A stretch of 64,000 nucleotides of DNA from Nannocystales bacterium. GTDB lineage: Bacteria > Myxococcota_A > Polyangia > Nannocystales > Nannocystaceae. Numbering within the stretch: the first letter of the stretch is position 1; every line of letters starts with the position of its first letter. Made by a program: the position numbers and the translations under genes. Where the stretch lies: assembly GCA_050633305.1 (NCBI GenBank), contig JBOEGF010000018.1, positions 544,001 to 608,000 of the forward strand, given 5' to 3'. Of this stretch, positions 1-9,894 are shown piece by piece. The notes under the pieces were generated by a model, which searched no databases, had not been told where the DNA came from, and saw only the letters and a list, made by a program, of their open reading frames with translations.

Positions 1-285
1 GACTGCAGCGGGGGCGGGAGTGGCCTCGGCTGGCGGAGGTGGTTGTGGGGGGGTCGCGGCTTCGACCTTGTCCGGGGTCTCCTCGGGCGCGGGCTCTGGA
101 AGCTCATGGACCCCTGCAGCGGCGACTTGCATTCGCGCCGCGGCGGCGGACGAAGGCGGGGGTGCGTGCGGGTGCGTACTCTGCTTGCCGCCGCTGAGCA
201 CCAGCGCTGCGACGCATGCCACGGCCAGGACCGGGAGCACGCGGGTCGACAGGACCGAAGCGGTCTGCGACTCGGCTTCGTTCAC
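1..285 (-). CDS. Partial CDS running off the window edge: N-terminal hydrophobic anchor plus Pro/Ala/Glu-rich linker
   Basis: GTG at 285 opens MNEAESQTASVLSTRVLPVLAVACVAALVLSGG...PEPAPEETP..., with no stop before position 1; not in the ORF track. Confidence 0.55.
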   Translation of the reverse strand, partial: MNEAESQTASVLSTRVLPVLAVACVAALVLSGGKQSTHPHAPPPSSAAAARMQVAAAGVHELPEPAPEETPDKVEAATPPQPPPPAEATPAPAAV

Positions 286-511
286 AAATCCGAGCCACAG
301 CCGGTCTGGGGTTTCTCGAGTGAACGGCAGCACGAGAACCGTTGTGGCTGGTCTTCGTGACAATCACGCAACGCTCAGGCGAACCAGGTGTCGCGATCGT
401 GCTGCCGTCTTGTGACGTTTGGAGCACGTCTCGTGACGGCCCGGGGCGGCCGAACCCCGAGACGGCACGTCGCGGGTCGTCGGGCCCGAAAGCGCCCTCG
501 CGAGACGGCCC

Positions 512-1159
512 CTAGTCGTCGAAATGGAGGACTTGCCGGCTTCCGCGCGCGTGGATCTCGGCTTGGGGCTCCTGTGGTGCGATCTCCATCTTGCCTTCGA
601 CTTGGTCGACCTTGGGCGGTGGCTCCGGAGGGGGCTCGGGCACCATCATGTCTCCGGCCAGCGGGATGGCCTCCGGCTCGCGAATCGGCGCCTCCCCCTC
701 GACCATCTCCAAGGATTCCCGGTGTGCATCCGGCTTCTTGGGCTTGTCGCAGGGCTCCTTCATCTCGATGCCGCCGTCGACCACCTCGATGTCGTCCATC
801 TTGGGGTCGTCACGGGGCGGGTCGCCATGCGGAGTACACGCGGCCAAGGCGACAGCCAGCCCCAAGCCCGCGGCGGCGGCGGCCGGCCGGCGGGACAGCC
901 GGCCGAGCGGAACGAGCTGGGTTGGAGGTTCGGGTTTGAACTGGACCGTGCCGTCCTTCCGTCGCGCGTAACTCACGCACAGGTTCTTCCCAGCATTCTC
1001 GCTCATGAACGCGCGAGCCTCCCGCTCGGTCATGTTGGACAGCACGTGCACGTTCTTCTCGCAGTGTCCGCAGTGGCTCCGTTTGGAGCGGCGGTCAAAC
1101 CCGATGGCGTCGAGATCGATGGGGCAGGGGCCGGTGATCGGGAGGTTCTTGCTGTCCAT
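512..1159 (-). CDS. Hypothetical membrane/lipoprotein with N-terminal Cys-rich domain
   Basis: PC...HCGHCEKNV...LCV Cys cluster, hydrophobic LGLAVALAAC segment, Pro/Glu-rich C-terminus. Confidence 0.7.
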   Translation of the reverse strand: MDSKNLPITGPCPIDLDAIGFDRRSKRSHCGHCEKNVHVLSNMTEREARAFMSENAGKNLCVSYARRKDGTVQFKPEPPTQLVPLGRLSRRPAAAAAGLGLAVALAACTPHGDPPRDDPKMDDIEVVDGGIEMKEPCDKPKKPDAHRESLEMVEGEAPIREPEAIPLAGDMMVPEPPPEPPPKVDQVEGKMEIAPQEPQAEIHARGSRQVLHFDD

Positions 1160-1257
1160 CGTGAAGAGTCGGCACGGATCAGGGTGCGATCCGATCTACC
1201 GATCAGCATCTTTTTTCCCCGTGCCGTGGTGGGCCGTAGCGTGCGGTATCGTCGCGA

Positions 1258-2721
1258 ATGGTCGCGGATACCGAAGAGGGCACCTTCTCGCCGGGTACGG
1301 TCTTCGAGGCCAAGTACCGGATCGAGCGGATCCTGGGCCGGGGCGGGATGGGGGAGGTCTACGCGGCCACCCATACGCTCTTGGACAAGGCCGTAGCCGT
1401 GAAGGTCTTGCTGCCCGAGTACGCCGCCGACACTGCAATGGTGTCCCGGATGACGAGGGAGGCTCGGGCCGCGAGTGCGACCGGTCACCCCAACATCGCA
1501 TTGGTCACCGACATGGGCTGGACCGGAGACCGGCCGTTCATCGTGATGGAGATGATCGAGGGCGAGACGCTCGAGAGCCGAATCGAGCGGGGTCTCGTTC
1601 CGGTGGATCTGGCGCTGACCTGGATGGATCAGATCCTCGACGCACTGGAGGCCGTTCACGCGAAGGAACTCATCCACCGAGACCTCAAACCAGCCAACCT
1701 CATGCTGACCCCGTCTCGCGAGGGGCCCCTGATGATCAAGGTGCTGGACTTCGGAATTTCGAAGAGCACCCAGGCCGACGCGGATGGAACCGGACATACC
1801 GGGACCGGACAGATCGTCGGCACGCCGCGCGCCATGGCACCCGAACAGGCGCGCGCGCTCTCCGATCTCGACGCACGGGCCGACGTTCACGCCGCCGGGG
1901 CGGTGCTCTACACGATGCTCACCGGGGCCTCGCCGTTTGCCGGGCCCACGATCATGGCCGTCTTGGCGAGGTTGCTCGAAGGGCGGTTCGAACCGGCATC
2001 CTCGCTCAATCCGTCGGTCCCGCCCATTCTCGATACGGTGATCGCCAAGGCGTTGGCCGTCGAACGCGAACATCGGTATTCGAGTGCTCGTGCGATGCGG
2101 CTCGCGCTGGCCGATGTGCGGACGCAACTCGATCGGGGAGTCGCGCGCGCTTCGATGGGCCCGCCCTCGATTCAAAGCGACGTGGACTTACCCCGAGACC
2201 GGACGCTGGAGACGCCCACTGGATCTCCGACGGCGGTGGAGCAACCCACGATCACCTCTGTGGCCGAGTCCTTCGAGACCCAACCGTCGGCGGCTGGCGA
2301 ACCCTCGCTTCAGCTTGATGTCCCCGATGGATGGGTCCCCGGTCAGTCCGCGGCGGCAACCTCGACGGCGCCACGTCGCGCACGGGTCTCGATCAATTGG
2401 GGCTGGTGGGTGACGGTCTCGGTCCTCTTGGCGGTTGCGGTGACCGCGTGGCTCAACTGGGACGCGCTGACCCTTGCCGCCGGGGACGTGGTCGATGAAG
2501 CAGGCTCGTCGGATCCGGTCTTGATCTTGGTCGACACCAAGCCAAAGGGGGCCATCGTCTTTGTCGACGGGGTTCAAAACGATGACCGGCCTCTGCAGAT
2601 CCCGCGCTCCCAGACCCCTGTGAAGCTCCGGGTCGTGGCGGAGGGCTATGAGCCTCGGGTGATGCAGGTCGTCCCCGAGCGGACGCGTCGGCTGAAGATC
2701 GAGCTCACCCGGAGCCGATAG
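1258..2721 (+). CDS. Hanks-type Ser/Thr protein kinase with TM helix and C-terminal PEGA-like domain
   Basis: GRGGMGEVY, VAVK, HRDLKPAN, DFG, APE motifs; TM WWVTVSVLLAVAV; TKPKGAIVFVDG. Confidence 0.95.
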   Translation: MVADTEEGTFSPGTVFEAKYRIERILGRGGMGEVYAATHTLLDKAVAVKVLLPEYAADTAMVSRMTREARAASATGHPNIALVTDMGWTGDRPFIVMEMIEGETLESRIERGLVPVDLALTWMDQILDALEAVHAKELIHRDLKPANLMLTPSREGPLMIKVLDFGISKSTQADADGTGHTGTGQIVGTPRAMAPEQARALSDLDARADVHAAGAVLYTMLTGASPFAGPTIMAVLARLLEGRFEPASSLNPSVPPILDTVIAKALAVEREHRYSSARAMRLALADVRTQLDRGVARASMGPPSIQSDVDLPRDRTLETPTGSPTAVEQPTITSVAESFETQPSAAGEPSLQLDVPDGWVPGQSAAATSTAPRRARVSINWGWWVTVSVLLAVAVTAWLNWDALTLAAGDVVDEAGSSDPVLILVDTKPKGAIVFVDGVQNDDRPLQIPRSQTPVKLRVVAEGYEPRVMQVVPERTRRLKIELTRSR

Positions 2722-2762
2722 GTGCGCGCCGGCCCGTCACTTCGTCGGCCGCCGGTCGGCAG

Positions 2763-3821
2763 TTAGTCGGAAGACTTCAGTTCACCCGCCAGCGTCGACA
2801 GGTCGAACTGTCGCGTGACCATGGTGAGCTCGTTGACCTCGATGATGTCGAGCTCGCGGACCATGGTGTAGTCGGGCTCGTCGAAATCCCCCGGGACGAC
2901 CTCGACGAACTCGGAGAGGTCGAGGGCAGGGACGTCGGCATCGTGGTGTTGCGCCGCTGCGGGCCGCGGCGCGGGCTTGGGCGGCGGCGGCGGGGCGAAG
3001 GAGGTTTGCACCGCGAGGAGGCGGGCGTTGTTGGGGTTCCAGTTCAGCCCGCGTTCGACCAGACGCTTGGCCTCGTCCCGCGACGCCTCACTCTGGCTGA
3101 GCATGACCGCGAGGCGCGAGACCACCTCGGCGGCCTTGTCCTTGCGACCGAGCTCGGCGAAGGTTTCGGCCATGCGCTCGAGCGCGTCGGCGTCCCCGGG
3201 TCGCTGGTCGAGTAGGCTTTGAATCGTGACGGCCGCCCGGTGCAGGTCCTTTCGCTGCAGGTGCGCGCGCATCAGCATGCGCAGCGTGGGGATGTCGGCG
3301 GGGCGGTGCGTGAGGAGTTGGTCGGCGACGAAGATGAACCCTTCGTAGGCCTCGTTGCGGAACAGCTCAGTCGAAGCCTCTTCGAGTGCTCGGACCATCT
3401 CTGTGTGCTTGCCCAGGTTGACGTACCAGTCCATCACCTGTCGCCAGCGCGCGGGTGTGGGTTCCGCCATGGCGGCGAGGCGGTAGGCGTGTAAGCCGAC
3501 CTCGACCTTGCCTTGCTGCAACGCCACGTTGGCGGCCTGGTCGAGGGTGGTCGCGGCTTCGCGGGGCCGGTCGGCGCGATAGAGCATCTCGCCGACCTTG
3601 AGCTGCGTCTCGGAGTGCGGGCCTTCGAGACGCACGATCTCCGCATAGGCGCGCAGGGCGTTGCGAAAGTTTCCACGTTCCTCGGCCGCAGCGGCAGCTG
3701 TCCGGTACAAGCCGATCGCGGGCACCGTGTGTCCCTGACTGAGGAACGCCGCGGCCTGGGCCATGTGAACCTCGAAGTCGGACTGCTGCTGAGGCAGCGG
3801 TGGGGACGCGTATCGAGCCAT
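2763..3821 (-). CDS. Tetratricopeptide-repeat protein
   Basis: Helical repeats with TPR-like A/Y/L/P pattern; ATG at 3821 (the longer ORF overlaps the next gene). Confidence 0.75.
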   Translation of the reverse strand: MARYASPPLPQQQSDFEVHMAQAAAFLSQGHTVPAIGLYRTAAAAAEERGNFRNALRAYAEIVRLEGPHSETQLKVGEMLYRADRPREAATTLDQAANVALQQGKVEVGLHAYRLAAMAEPTPARWRQVMDWYVNLGKHTEMVRALEEASTELFRNEAYEGFIFVADQLLTHRPADIPTLRMLMRAHLQRKDLHRAAVTIQSLLDQRPGDADALERMAETFAELGRKDKAAEVVSRLAVMLSQSEASRDEAKRLVERGLNWNPNNARLLAVQTSFAPPPPPKPAPRPAAAQHHDADVPALDLSEFVEVVPGDFDEPDYTMVRELDIIEVNELTMVTRQFDLSTLAGELKSSD

Positions 3822-3986
3822 GCGAGGGTCTCGGGACCAAGGGCACCGGGGGCCGTTCGGCTCGCGGTCCGACCAGGGTATCAGGCCGGACCGCGCGACG
3901 GATCTAGGTTTTTGCGGCGCGGAATCGTCGCGGCAACGGCCCGACTTCGGCCTGAAAGACGGGTGATATCGGTCGATGCCGGGTCC

Positions 3987-5549
3987 ATGCATCGTGCGCT
4001 GTCGTCGCTGGCCTGGGTCTTCTTCGTACTGCCCGCCTGCGGGGGAACATCCGCTGCTGATGAGCCGCTGGGGGGCGGCCAAGGTGGAACAGGGGGTGTT
4101 GCAGATCCGTCGACTTCGGGGGAGGTCGACGGGAGCGAGGGATCGGAGGAATCCGGTCGCGGCGGCAGCGCGGGTGGTGCGACCGATGGCGATGACTCCT
4201 CGGGCGGATCGAGCAGCGGCGCCGCCGTGGAGGGGTTCTGCGGCGACGGGGTCTTGGACATCGGAGAGTTCTGTGATGACGGAAACGTCGACCCCGGTGA
4301 CGGCTGCGACCCTGACTGTACTCGCTCCGAAGGCGTCGCTTCGTTCTCCGTGGGGGCTTCTCACACATGCGCTGTGTCCTTCGAAGGCAGGGTCCGGTGC
4401 TTTGGTGACAACACGTACGGCCAACTCGGCACCGGAAGCACGAGGATGATCGGAGATGACGAAACCCCGCTCGATGCCGGGCTCGACGTGCAGCTTCCGC
4501 CCGTGACCCAGGTCGCCGCTGGAGACCGCCACACGTGCGCGGTCACCACGGAGCACGAGGTTTACTGTTGGGGGGCGAACGAGTCCGGCCAGCTCGGCCT
4601 CGGACACGACAAGACGTGGGGCGATGCTCCCGATGAGCCCCTGGAACCGGTCGGATTGGACGGCTTGGTCGGCGCCGTCACGGTTGGCGCTTCGCACACC
4701 TGTGCACGGATGTTCGGTGGAACCATTCGGTGCTGGGGCGACAGCTCGCACGGCCAACTCGGTCACGGGGATGCCTTCGCCGGGACGGTCGGAGCGGGGG
4801 AGGAGCCATACCCCGACGCCGTTGACAGTCCCGCGGTGGACTTCGGACCCGACAAGTCGGTTCGAGAACTCTCGGCTGGACGAGGAAACCACACCTGCGC
4901 GGTGGCGGCCTCCGGTGATGCTTTCTGCTGGGGCGCATCACAAGATGGACAGCTGGGGATCGGTTCTGGCAACCCTGCAGGACTCGATCGGACGCCGGCA
5001 CAGGCCGGGCCGGTGGGTGCTGGCTCGCCCGCCCGTCTCACCGTCGCGTCGACCCGGCACACGTGTTTGGTGACCACGGACTTCCAGCTCTCCTGCTTTG
5101 GTGACAACACATCCGGTCAGCTCGGCCTCGGGCACACGGACACGATCGGAGACGACGAAACGCCGGCCGCATCGCGGGTCGAACTGGGGGACGAACTCGT
5201 CCTCAACGCCGCGCTCAGCGACCATTCCACTTGCGCCCTCACATCCCACGGGACCGTCTTCTGCTGGGGTTCAGGCGCCTTTGGCCAACTGGGAGCCGGG
5301 TCGACGGAGGTCATCGGGGACGACGAGACGCCGGTCGAATCGGACGGGTTCAGCCCGGTCAAACTCTTCGGCGAGACGACCTCGATCTCCGCGGGTGCGG
5401 AGCACGTCTGCGCCCGAAGCGAGGACTCCCGCTTGCGCTGCTGGGGCCGCGGTGACGACGGACGTCTCGGACAAGGCGATGCCGAACTCGGGGCCTACGG
5501 TGACGATGCCGACGAGCGCGAGCCGCTGGTCGTGCGAATCTTCCGCTAG
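3987..5549 (+). CDS. RCC1-repeat beta-propeller lipoprotein with myxobacterial Cys-rich repeat
   Basis: Lipobox LPAC; CGDGVLDIGEFCDDGN..GDGC; about 7 repeats of HTCA...CWG.N..GQLG. Confidence 0.9.
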   Translation: MHRALSSLAWVFFVLPACGGTSAADEPLGGGQGGTGGVADPSTSGEVDGSEGSEESGRGGSAGGATDGDDSSGGSSSGAAVEGFCGDGVLDIGEFCDDGNVDPGDGCDPDCTRSEGVASFSVGASHTCAVSFEGRVRCFGDNTYGQLGTGSTRMIGDDETPLDAGLDVQLPPVTQVAAGDRHTCAVTTEHEVYCWGANESGQLGLGHDKTWGDAPDEPLEPVGLDGLVGAVTVGASHTCARMFGGTIRCWGDSSHGQLGHGDAFAGTVGAGEEPYPDAVDSPAVDFGPDKSVRELSAGRGNHTCAVAASGDAFCWGASQDGQLGIGSGNPAGLDRTPAQAGPVGAGSPARLTVASTRHTCLVTTDFQLSCFGDNTSGQLGLGHTDTIGDDETPAASRVELGDELVLNAALSDHSTCALTSHGTVFCWGSGAFGQLGAGSTEVIGDDETPVESDGFSPVKLFGETTSISAGAEHVCARSEDSRLRCWGRGDDGRLGQGDAELGAYGDDADEREPLVVRIFR

Positions 5550-5713
5550 CGCGGCGACCGGTTTTGAATCCGGCCTGCAACGCACGCCTCTGGTCACTTC
5601 TGGCTGCGTTGCTCGGCGCTCGACGGACCTCCAGTCCGCCTTCGGCCTCCCGCCTTGCCAAAAGCGCCCAGCGACGCACTCTGCAGGCCGTTTCAAACCG
5701 ATCGCCGCTCTAG
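5546..5713. mobile_element. MITE-like element 1, CTAG-bounded
   Basis: Imperfect ~35-bp terminal inverted repeats CTAGCGCGGCGACCGGTTTTGAATCCGGCCTGCA vs reverse complement CTAGAGCGGCGATCGGTTTGAAACGGCCTGCA; internal IR TGCGTTGCTCGGCGCT/AGCGCCCAGCGACGCA. Confidence 0.7.
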
Positions 5714-5910
5714 TACCTCACGCCCGAAGTTTCGTGCCGGGTTTCTGCGGCCCCCCCTTCGGGTGTGGGCGCCCTCCGAAAACCCGCGGTCGGTCAGGCC
5801 TGCGTTCGGTACTTTCCGTCTTTTCCGCTCCGCATCCCTCCGGGACGCCTCGCTCTGTTGCTCCGAACTCGTCGGAGAACCCGGAACGAACTTCGGAACT
5901 GAAGTGCGAG
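5710..5910. mobile_element. Degenerate MITE-like element 2
   Basis: Left CTAGTACCTCACGCCCGAAGTTTCGTGCCGGGTTTCT aligns with reverse complement of right end CTCGCACTTCAGTTCCGAAGTTCGTTCCGGGTTCT. Confidence 0.55.
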
Positions 5911-5940
5911 TCCAGCTTTCCTGTCGGCCCTCGTCGACTT

Positions 5941-6498
5941 CTAGTCGATTCGGCGGCCCCGCAGGACCTTGCGGCTCTTCTTGCGGGTTCCGGCCGCGTT
6001 GCGCTTGATCTGCAGCGTGGCATCGAAGCCTGGAGAGGCGAGGACCCAGCCACGCTCATTGAACTCCACGACGGGGGCTCCCAGGGGCCCCTGTGTCGTT
6101 CGGAGCCGATACAAGACCGTGCCATACCGGTTGGCCTCGGCCTTCGTGAACACGAGGGATGTGCCTTCTTCGAAGCTCACGGAGACCCAGTCCTCGCCCC
6201 ATTCGGTCGCGATGCCCGGTGTTCCTCGTCGGATGACGACCTGTTCGATCATCCGACCCCGGCGCACGATGATTCGGCCACCGTTGATTCGCTCGTTGCG
6301 TGACTTCGCCTCCCGCTCGAGCACGATGCGATGCGCGGCGAAGTACTGAAGCGAGTCTTCGGCGTCCGCAGCTCCGGCGCCTCCTTCGAGCCCGTCGCGT
6401 ACAGACTGCGAGAAGTAAATGCGTTGCGTACAGCCCACGCTCGAGATGAGCAGGCCCACCATTAGCCAGTGTTTGGCGACCACCACGTCTGCCACCAT
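5941..6498 (-). CDS. Hypothetical lipoprotein
   Basis: Signal with SVGC lipobox-like site; basic C-terminus; plausible globular composition. Confidence 0.7.
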   Translation of the reverse strand: MVADVVVAKHWLMVGLLISSVGCTQRIYFSQSVRDGLEGGAGAADAEDSLQYFAAHRIVLEREAKSRNERINGGRIIVRRGRMIEQVVIRRGTPGIATEWGEDWVSVSFEEGTSLVFTKAEANRYGTVLYRLRTTQGPLGAPVVEFNERGWVLASPGFDATLQIKRNAAGTRKKSRKVLRGRRID

Positions 6499-6587
6499 GT
6501 TGCGTGGCGGGCGGCGGAGCCAGCGAGCTGCAGCACACGGTGACCCACTGCACGCTACCTGTGGGATCCATGCAACGGTTCGCGCGG

Positions 6588-7499
6588 CTAAGGAGGAGGG
6601 GTGCGAAGTTCCATCGATGCGTGGCTCTCTCCGGGCCCTGGTACGTCATACCAAGGGAGCCCCACGAGGTCGTTGCGTTCGAGTTCTGCGATGACCTCGG
6701 CACCGATGAGCACGATGATGGCCGCGACTTCGAGTCCGAGCAGCAGAACAACGACGGTCGCGAGCGAGCCGTAGATGACCTCGACCAGTGACAGGTTTGC
6801 GAAGTACCAGGCGAGCGCCGAGCGGGCGGCCTCCCACAGCACGGCGGCGACCACCCCACCGACGACGGCACGGCGGAACTTGACGTTGACGACCGGGAGC
6901 ACCCAGTAGAAAGAGGTGAGCAACAAGACGAGCCCGAAGAAGCCGAGCAGCTTGATGAGCGGGATGCTGAGCTCGGGGCCGCCGAGCCGCCGTCCGAATA
7001 GCATCAGGCCGGCGCTGGGAAGGGTGTCGAGCGCAACCATCAGCCCGGTGAGGACGAAGATGACCGCGGTCATCACACTGACGTACCCCAGCGGCAGGAT
7101 CGCCGAGACCCACCAGCTTCGAGCGTGCGCAGGACGGTCGCGGCGAAACACCGCCGCCATCGCGTCTTCCAGCATGCGGAACGCGAGGGAGCTGAACACG
7201 AGCATCGCGCCGACGCCGACGGTGCCGACGACCTGTTTCTGATCGAGGAACGCCTCGAACGCGGTGGTCAGGTCTTCGGCGCGCCCGGGCAAGATCGTTT
7301 GGGCCTGCGCCGCCAGCGTCGCCATGAGCTGGGCCTCGTCGAACACTGCGGAGAGTACGACGAGGATCAGCGCGATGAGGGGCACCATCGACAGCAAGGC
7401 GTTGTAGCCCAGGGCGCCCGCGAGTAGCAGACCGTTGTTGCGGCGGAAGTTGCCGAGGATCCGGCGGAGAAACCGGAGCAGCCGCCGGACCCACGTCAT
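6588..7499 (-). CDS. YihY/virulence factor BrkB family membrane protein
   Basis: LAGALGYNALLSMVP; YGSLATVVVLLL...IGAE; about 6 TM helices. Confidence 0.9.
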   Translation of the reverse strand: MTWVRRLLRFLRRILGNFRRNNGLLLAGALGYNALLSMVPLIALILVVLSAVFDEAQLMATLAAQAQTILPGRAEDLTTAFEAFLDQKQVVGTVGVGAMLVFSSLAFRMLEDAMAAVFRRDRPAHARSWWVSAILPLGYVSVMTAVIFVLTGLMVALDTLPSAGLMLFGRRLGGPELSIPLIKLLGFFGLVLLLTSFYWVLPVVNVKFRRAVVGGVVAAVLWEAARSALAWYFANLSLVEVIYGSLATVVVLLLGLEVAAIIVLIGAEVIAELERNDLVGLPWYDVPGPGESHASMELRTPPP

Positions 7500-8986
7500 G
7501 ACGGGGGCTCCTCGGGGGCCTCGAGCATTCCTGAGACGAGGGCCTTGCGAAGGAAATCGAGCACCGCGGATTCGACCCGGGCAGGCTCGTCGGAACAGGA
7601 TTCGGCGTAGGCCTCGATCAAGTCGCCGACGGTGTCGGTTTGGCCCGCAAGCTCGAGCAGTCGCGCGGCGGCGTCGCTGAGCTCTTGGTCTGGGACGCGC
7701 GCGCCCGGGCAGACGAGGCGAAGTCCAGATGGCGTGTCGTCCTCAAACGGCTGGGCTTGCACAAGCTGTGCGCCGGCAGGGGGACGAAGCCGTTGTACTC
7801 GTAGATCCTCAAGCGAAAGGCTCGCGATGGCGAGGGCTGCATCGAGTCGTGCCAGGTCGCGTGCGCCATAGGGCGAGCGACCCCGAGGTTCGACACTGAC
7901 CGCCCAGCTCGCATCGCCGGGTACCGGCCTCCGAACGACGACGAGTGCATGCCGAGTTTGCTCGATCTTCAGGGTGGCGAGGTGAGCCGCGTAGCGACGG
8001 GCCGCGTCGGCATACACGGGCCCCAAGGTGCTGTCGGCTGCCGCGGCGTACCCCAGCGCGAGTTCGTCGGCGCGGTGCCCGGGCGCGTCGACGACCGACA
8101 CTTGAAGAGGAACGTCGGGAAGTGCGGTACGAACTCGGTCGAGCGCGGACCCCTTCTCGGGCGCGGTGTCCATGAGCACGAGCGCTTGGCCACCAGGGCA
8201 GAGGACGTCAGGGAGACCTCCGAGGAGTCGCAGGGCCAGTTCGTCGCCGCGGGACCCACCATGGAGGTAGGTCGTGGCCTCGACGTCGGGCGGCTGAGGC
8301 ACGAAGGGCGGCTGCGCAAAAACGAGGTCGAAGCTCTCGCCCCGGACCGGTTCGAGCAGGTCGCCCACGCGAACGGAGATCTCCAGCTCGTTGAGGCGAG
8401 CGTTCCACGCGGTGAGCGCGACCGCGCGGGGGTCGAGGTCGATCGCCGTCACCGAAGTTGCGCCGCGGTGAGCGGCGACGAGGGCGAGCGAGCCGGCACC
8501 ACAGCCGACATCGAGCACACGCTCGGGCAGCGACCCCGGCAGGGTGTTCAGCAGTTCCTGGGTCGTCGCGCCGGGCCCCATCACCGGGTTGTGCTGGGCG
8601 TCCGCGTCGTCCGAGCCGATCCAGACGCCGCCGAAAGGGATGAGCCGAAGCAAGCTGCGCACCCGTTCGCCCTCCCGAATGAGGACCCCGCACGCCTCGA
8701 GGGCACCGGCCAACTCGGGGTTGAGGGCCCGCGTGACATCGTCGCGGCCCAGGGCGTCTCGGTACGCGAAGAGCCGGGCGAGGACCGCTCCGGGTCCGGG
8801 TTGGGTTGCGAGCGACGCCTGCACGAGCGGCAAACGGACCGCGTCGAACTGCTTCGGAGCGATGGACTCCGCCATCGACAGCATACGGGCGTCATAGCCC
8901 GCGGTTCGCAAGGCCTCGCGCAAGGCCACCAACTGGCGGTCCGACAGCGACGAGAGCGCTTCGAGATCCAAGAGATCGCCGATCAC
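7496..8986 (-). CDS. HemK/MTS-like class I SAM methyltransferase with C-terminal PqqD-like winged helix
   Basis: VLDVGCGAG, IDLDPRA, FDLVFAQPPFVP; ATGA overlap with the YihY gene; GTG start chosen at 8986. Confidence 0.85.
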   Translation of the reverse strand: MIGDLLDLEALSSLSDRQLVALREALRTAGYDARMLSMAESIAPKQFDAVRLPLVQASLATQPGPGAVLARLFAYRDALGRDDVTRALNPELAGALEACGVLIREGERVRSLLRLIPFGGVWIGSDDADAQHNPVMGPGATTQELLNTLPGSLPERVLDVGCGAGSLALVAAHRGATSVTAIDLDPRAVALTAWNARLNELEISVRVGDLLEPVRGESFDLVFAQPPFVPQPPDVEATTYLHGGSRGDELALRLLGGLPDVLCPGGQALVLMDTAPEKGSALDRVRTALPDVPLQVSVVDAPGHRADELALGYAAAADSTLGPVYADAARRYAAHLATLKIEQTRHALVVVRRPVPGDASWAVSVEPRGRSPYGARDLARLDAALAIASLSLEDLRVQRLRPPAGAQLVQAQPFEDDTPSGLRLVCPGARVPDQELSDAAARLLELAGQTDTVGDLIEAYAESCSDEPARVESAVLDFLRKALVSGMLEAPEEPPS

Positions 8987-9270
8987 CGCGGGACAAGGGG
9001 TACCACGCCCAGCCTGCGACGGGTCCGCGGGCGGCCGTGGTGCGGCGTGGGGCGAAGCACGATCCGGCCGCCTCGTTCGTCCGCTTTCTCGCCGAGGACG
9101 GGCCGAAAGCTCTCGGTACGGCCGCTGGTGGGGCGTTTCGTCTACGAGGCAGAGCGCGCACGATCCGGCAACCCCCCGGGAAGGCGTCCAACGTGGGCCA
9201 CATGGTGGGTGATTCTCACGCCCGCCGCTCGTCCGCGAACCCACACCCTGCTATATAGCCTCACCGTCGC

Positions 9271-9894
9271 ATGGACGATTCCGTGGACCTCGATGCTTCC
9301 GATTCCGGGTCTGAGCCCGCCTTGGACCCGGCTCCCCTCGTGGGTGCAGCCGTTCCGCTGCGCCGTATGGCGTTGGCGTTCATCGCGGCGGTTCTGATCG
9401 TCCTCGTCGCCGGACTGACCGGGTCCGTCATCCGCGGACCCAGCGGTCCTTGGCTGGGTGAGTACTACGAAGGCAAGGAGTTCGAGGGCGACATCCGCAT
9501 CCGATACAGCCGGAAGCTCGAGTTCGACTGGGGCAAGGACCGGCCGTTCCGCGGCATGCCCAAGGACGAGTGGTCCGCGGTCTACACGACCTGTCTCGTT
9601 GTCGAGGAAGAGGCCGAGTACCGATTCCGAATCACGTCCGACGACGGCAGCCGGCTGTACGTCGATGACGAAAAGTTGATCGAGAACTGGGGAGCCCACG
9701 CCCCGCGGACCCGGACCGGGAAGCTGTTGCTGGAGCCCGGCACGTACGAGCTTGCCGTCGAGTACTTCGAGGCGACGCACGGCGCTACCCTCAAACTCGT
9801 CGTTGCGATCGGCGAGGACGGCAAGCACGAGACGCTACCTCCGAGCATGCTGCGCCAACCCTCCGATGACCCCGACGCCCGCTGCGGCGGTTGA
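9271..9894 (+). CDS. Membrane-anchored PA14 domain protein
   Basis: FDWG, YRFRITSDDGSRLYVD, VEYFE motifs after one TM helix. Confidence 0.85.
   Translation: MDDSVDLDASDSGSEPALDPAPLVGAAVPLRRMALAFIAAVLIVLVAGLTGSVIRGPSGPWLGEYYEGKEFEGDIRIRYSRKLEFDWGKDRPFRGMPKDEWSAVYTTCLVVEEEAEYRFRITSDDGSRLYVDDEKLIENWGAHAPRTRTGKLLLEPGTYELAVEYFEATHGATLKLVVAIGEDGKHETLPPSMLRQPSDDPDARCGG

Noticed and set aside
293..368. Hairpin (AGCCACA...TGTGGCT) and CGTGA-N3-TCACG palindrome upstream of the first gene
   Set aside because: Short, single and not assignable to a known regulator or RNA
2763..4892. N-terminal extensions of track ORFs (709 aa here; also 33381-34766, 59186-61273, 61926-63092)
   Set aside because: They overlap other clear genes; internal starts with signal peptides or 4-bp overlaps fit better, so these are not fusions
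5552..5580. CCGGTTTTGAATCCGG resembles a tRNA-Ser anticodon arm
   Set aside because: No acceptor stem, T-loop or CCA; it is the left inverted repeat of the MITE
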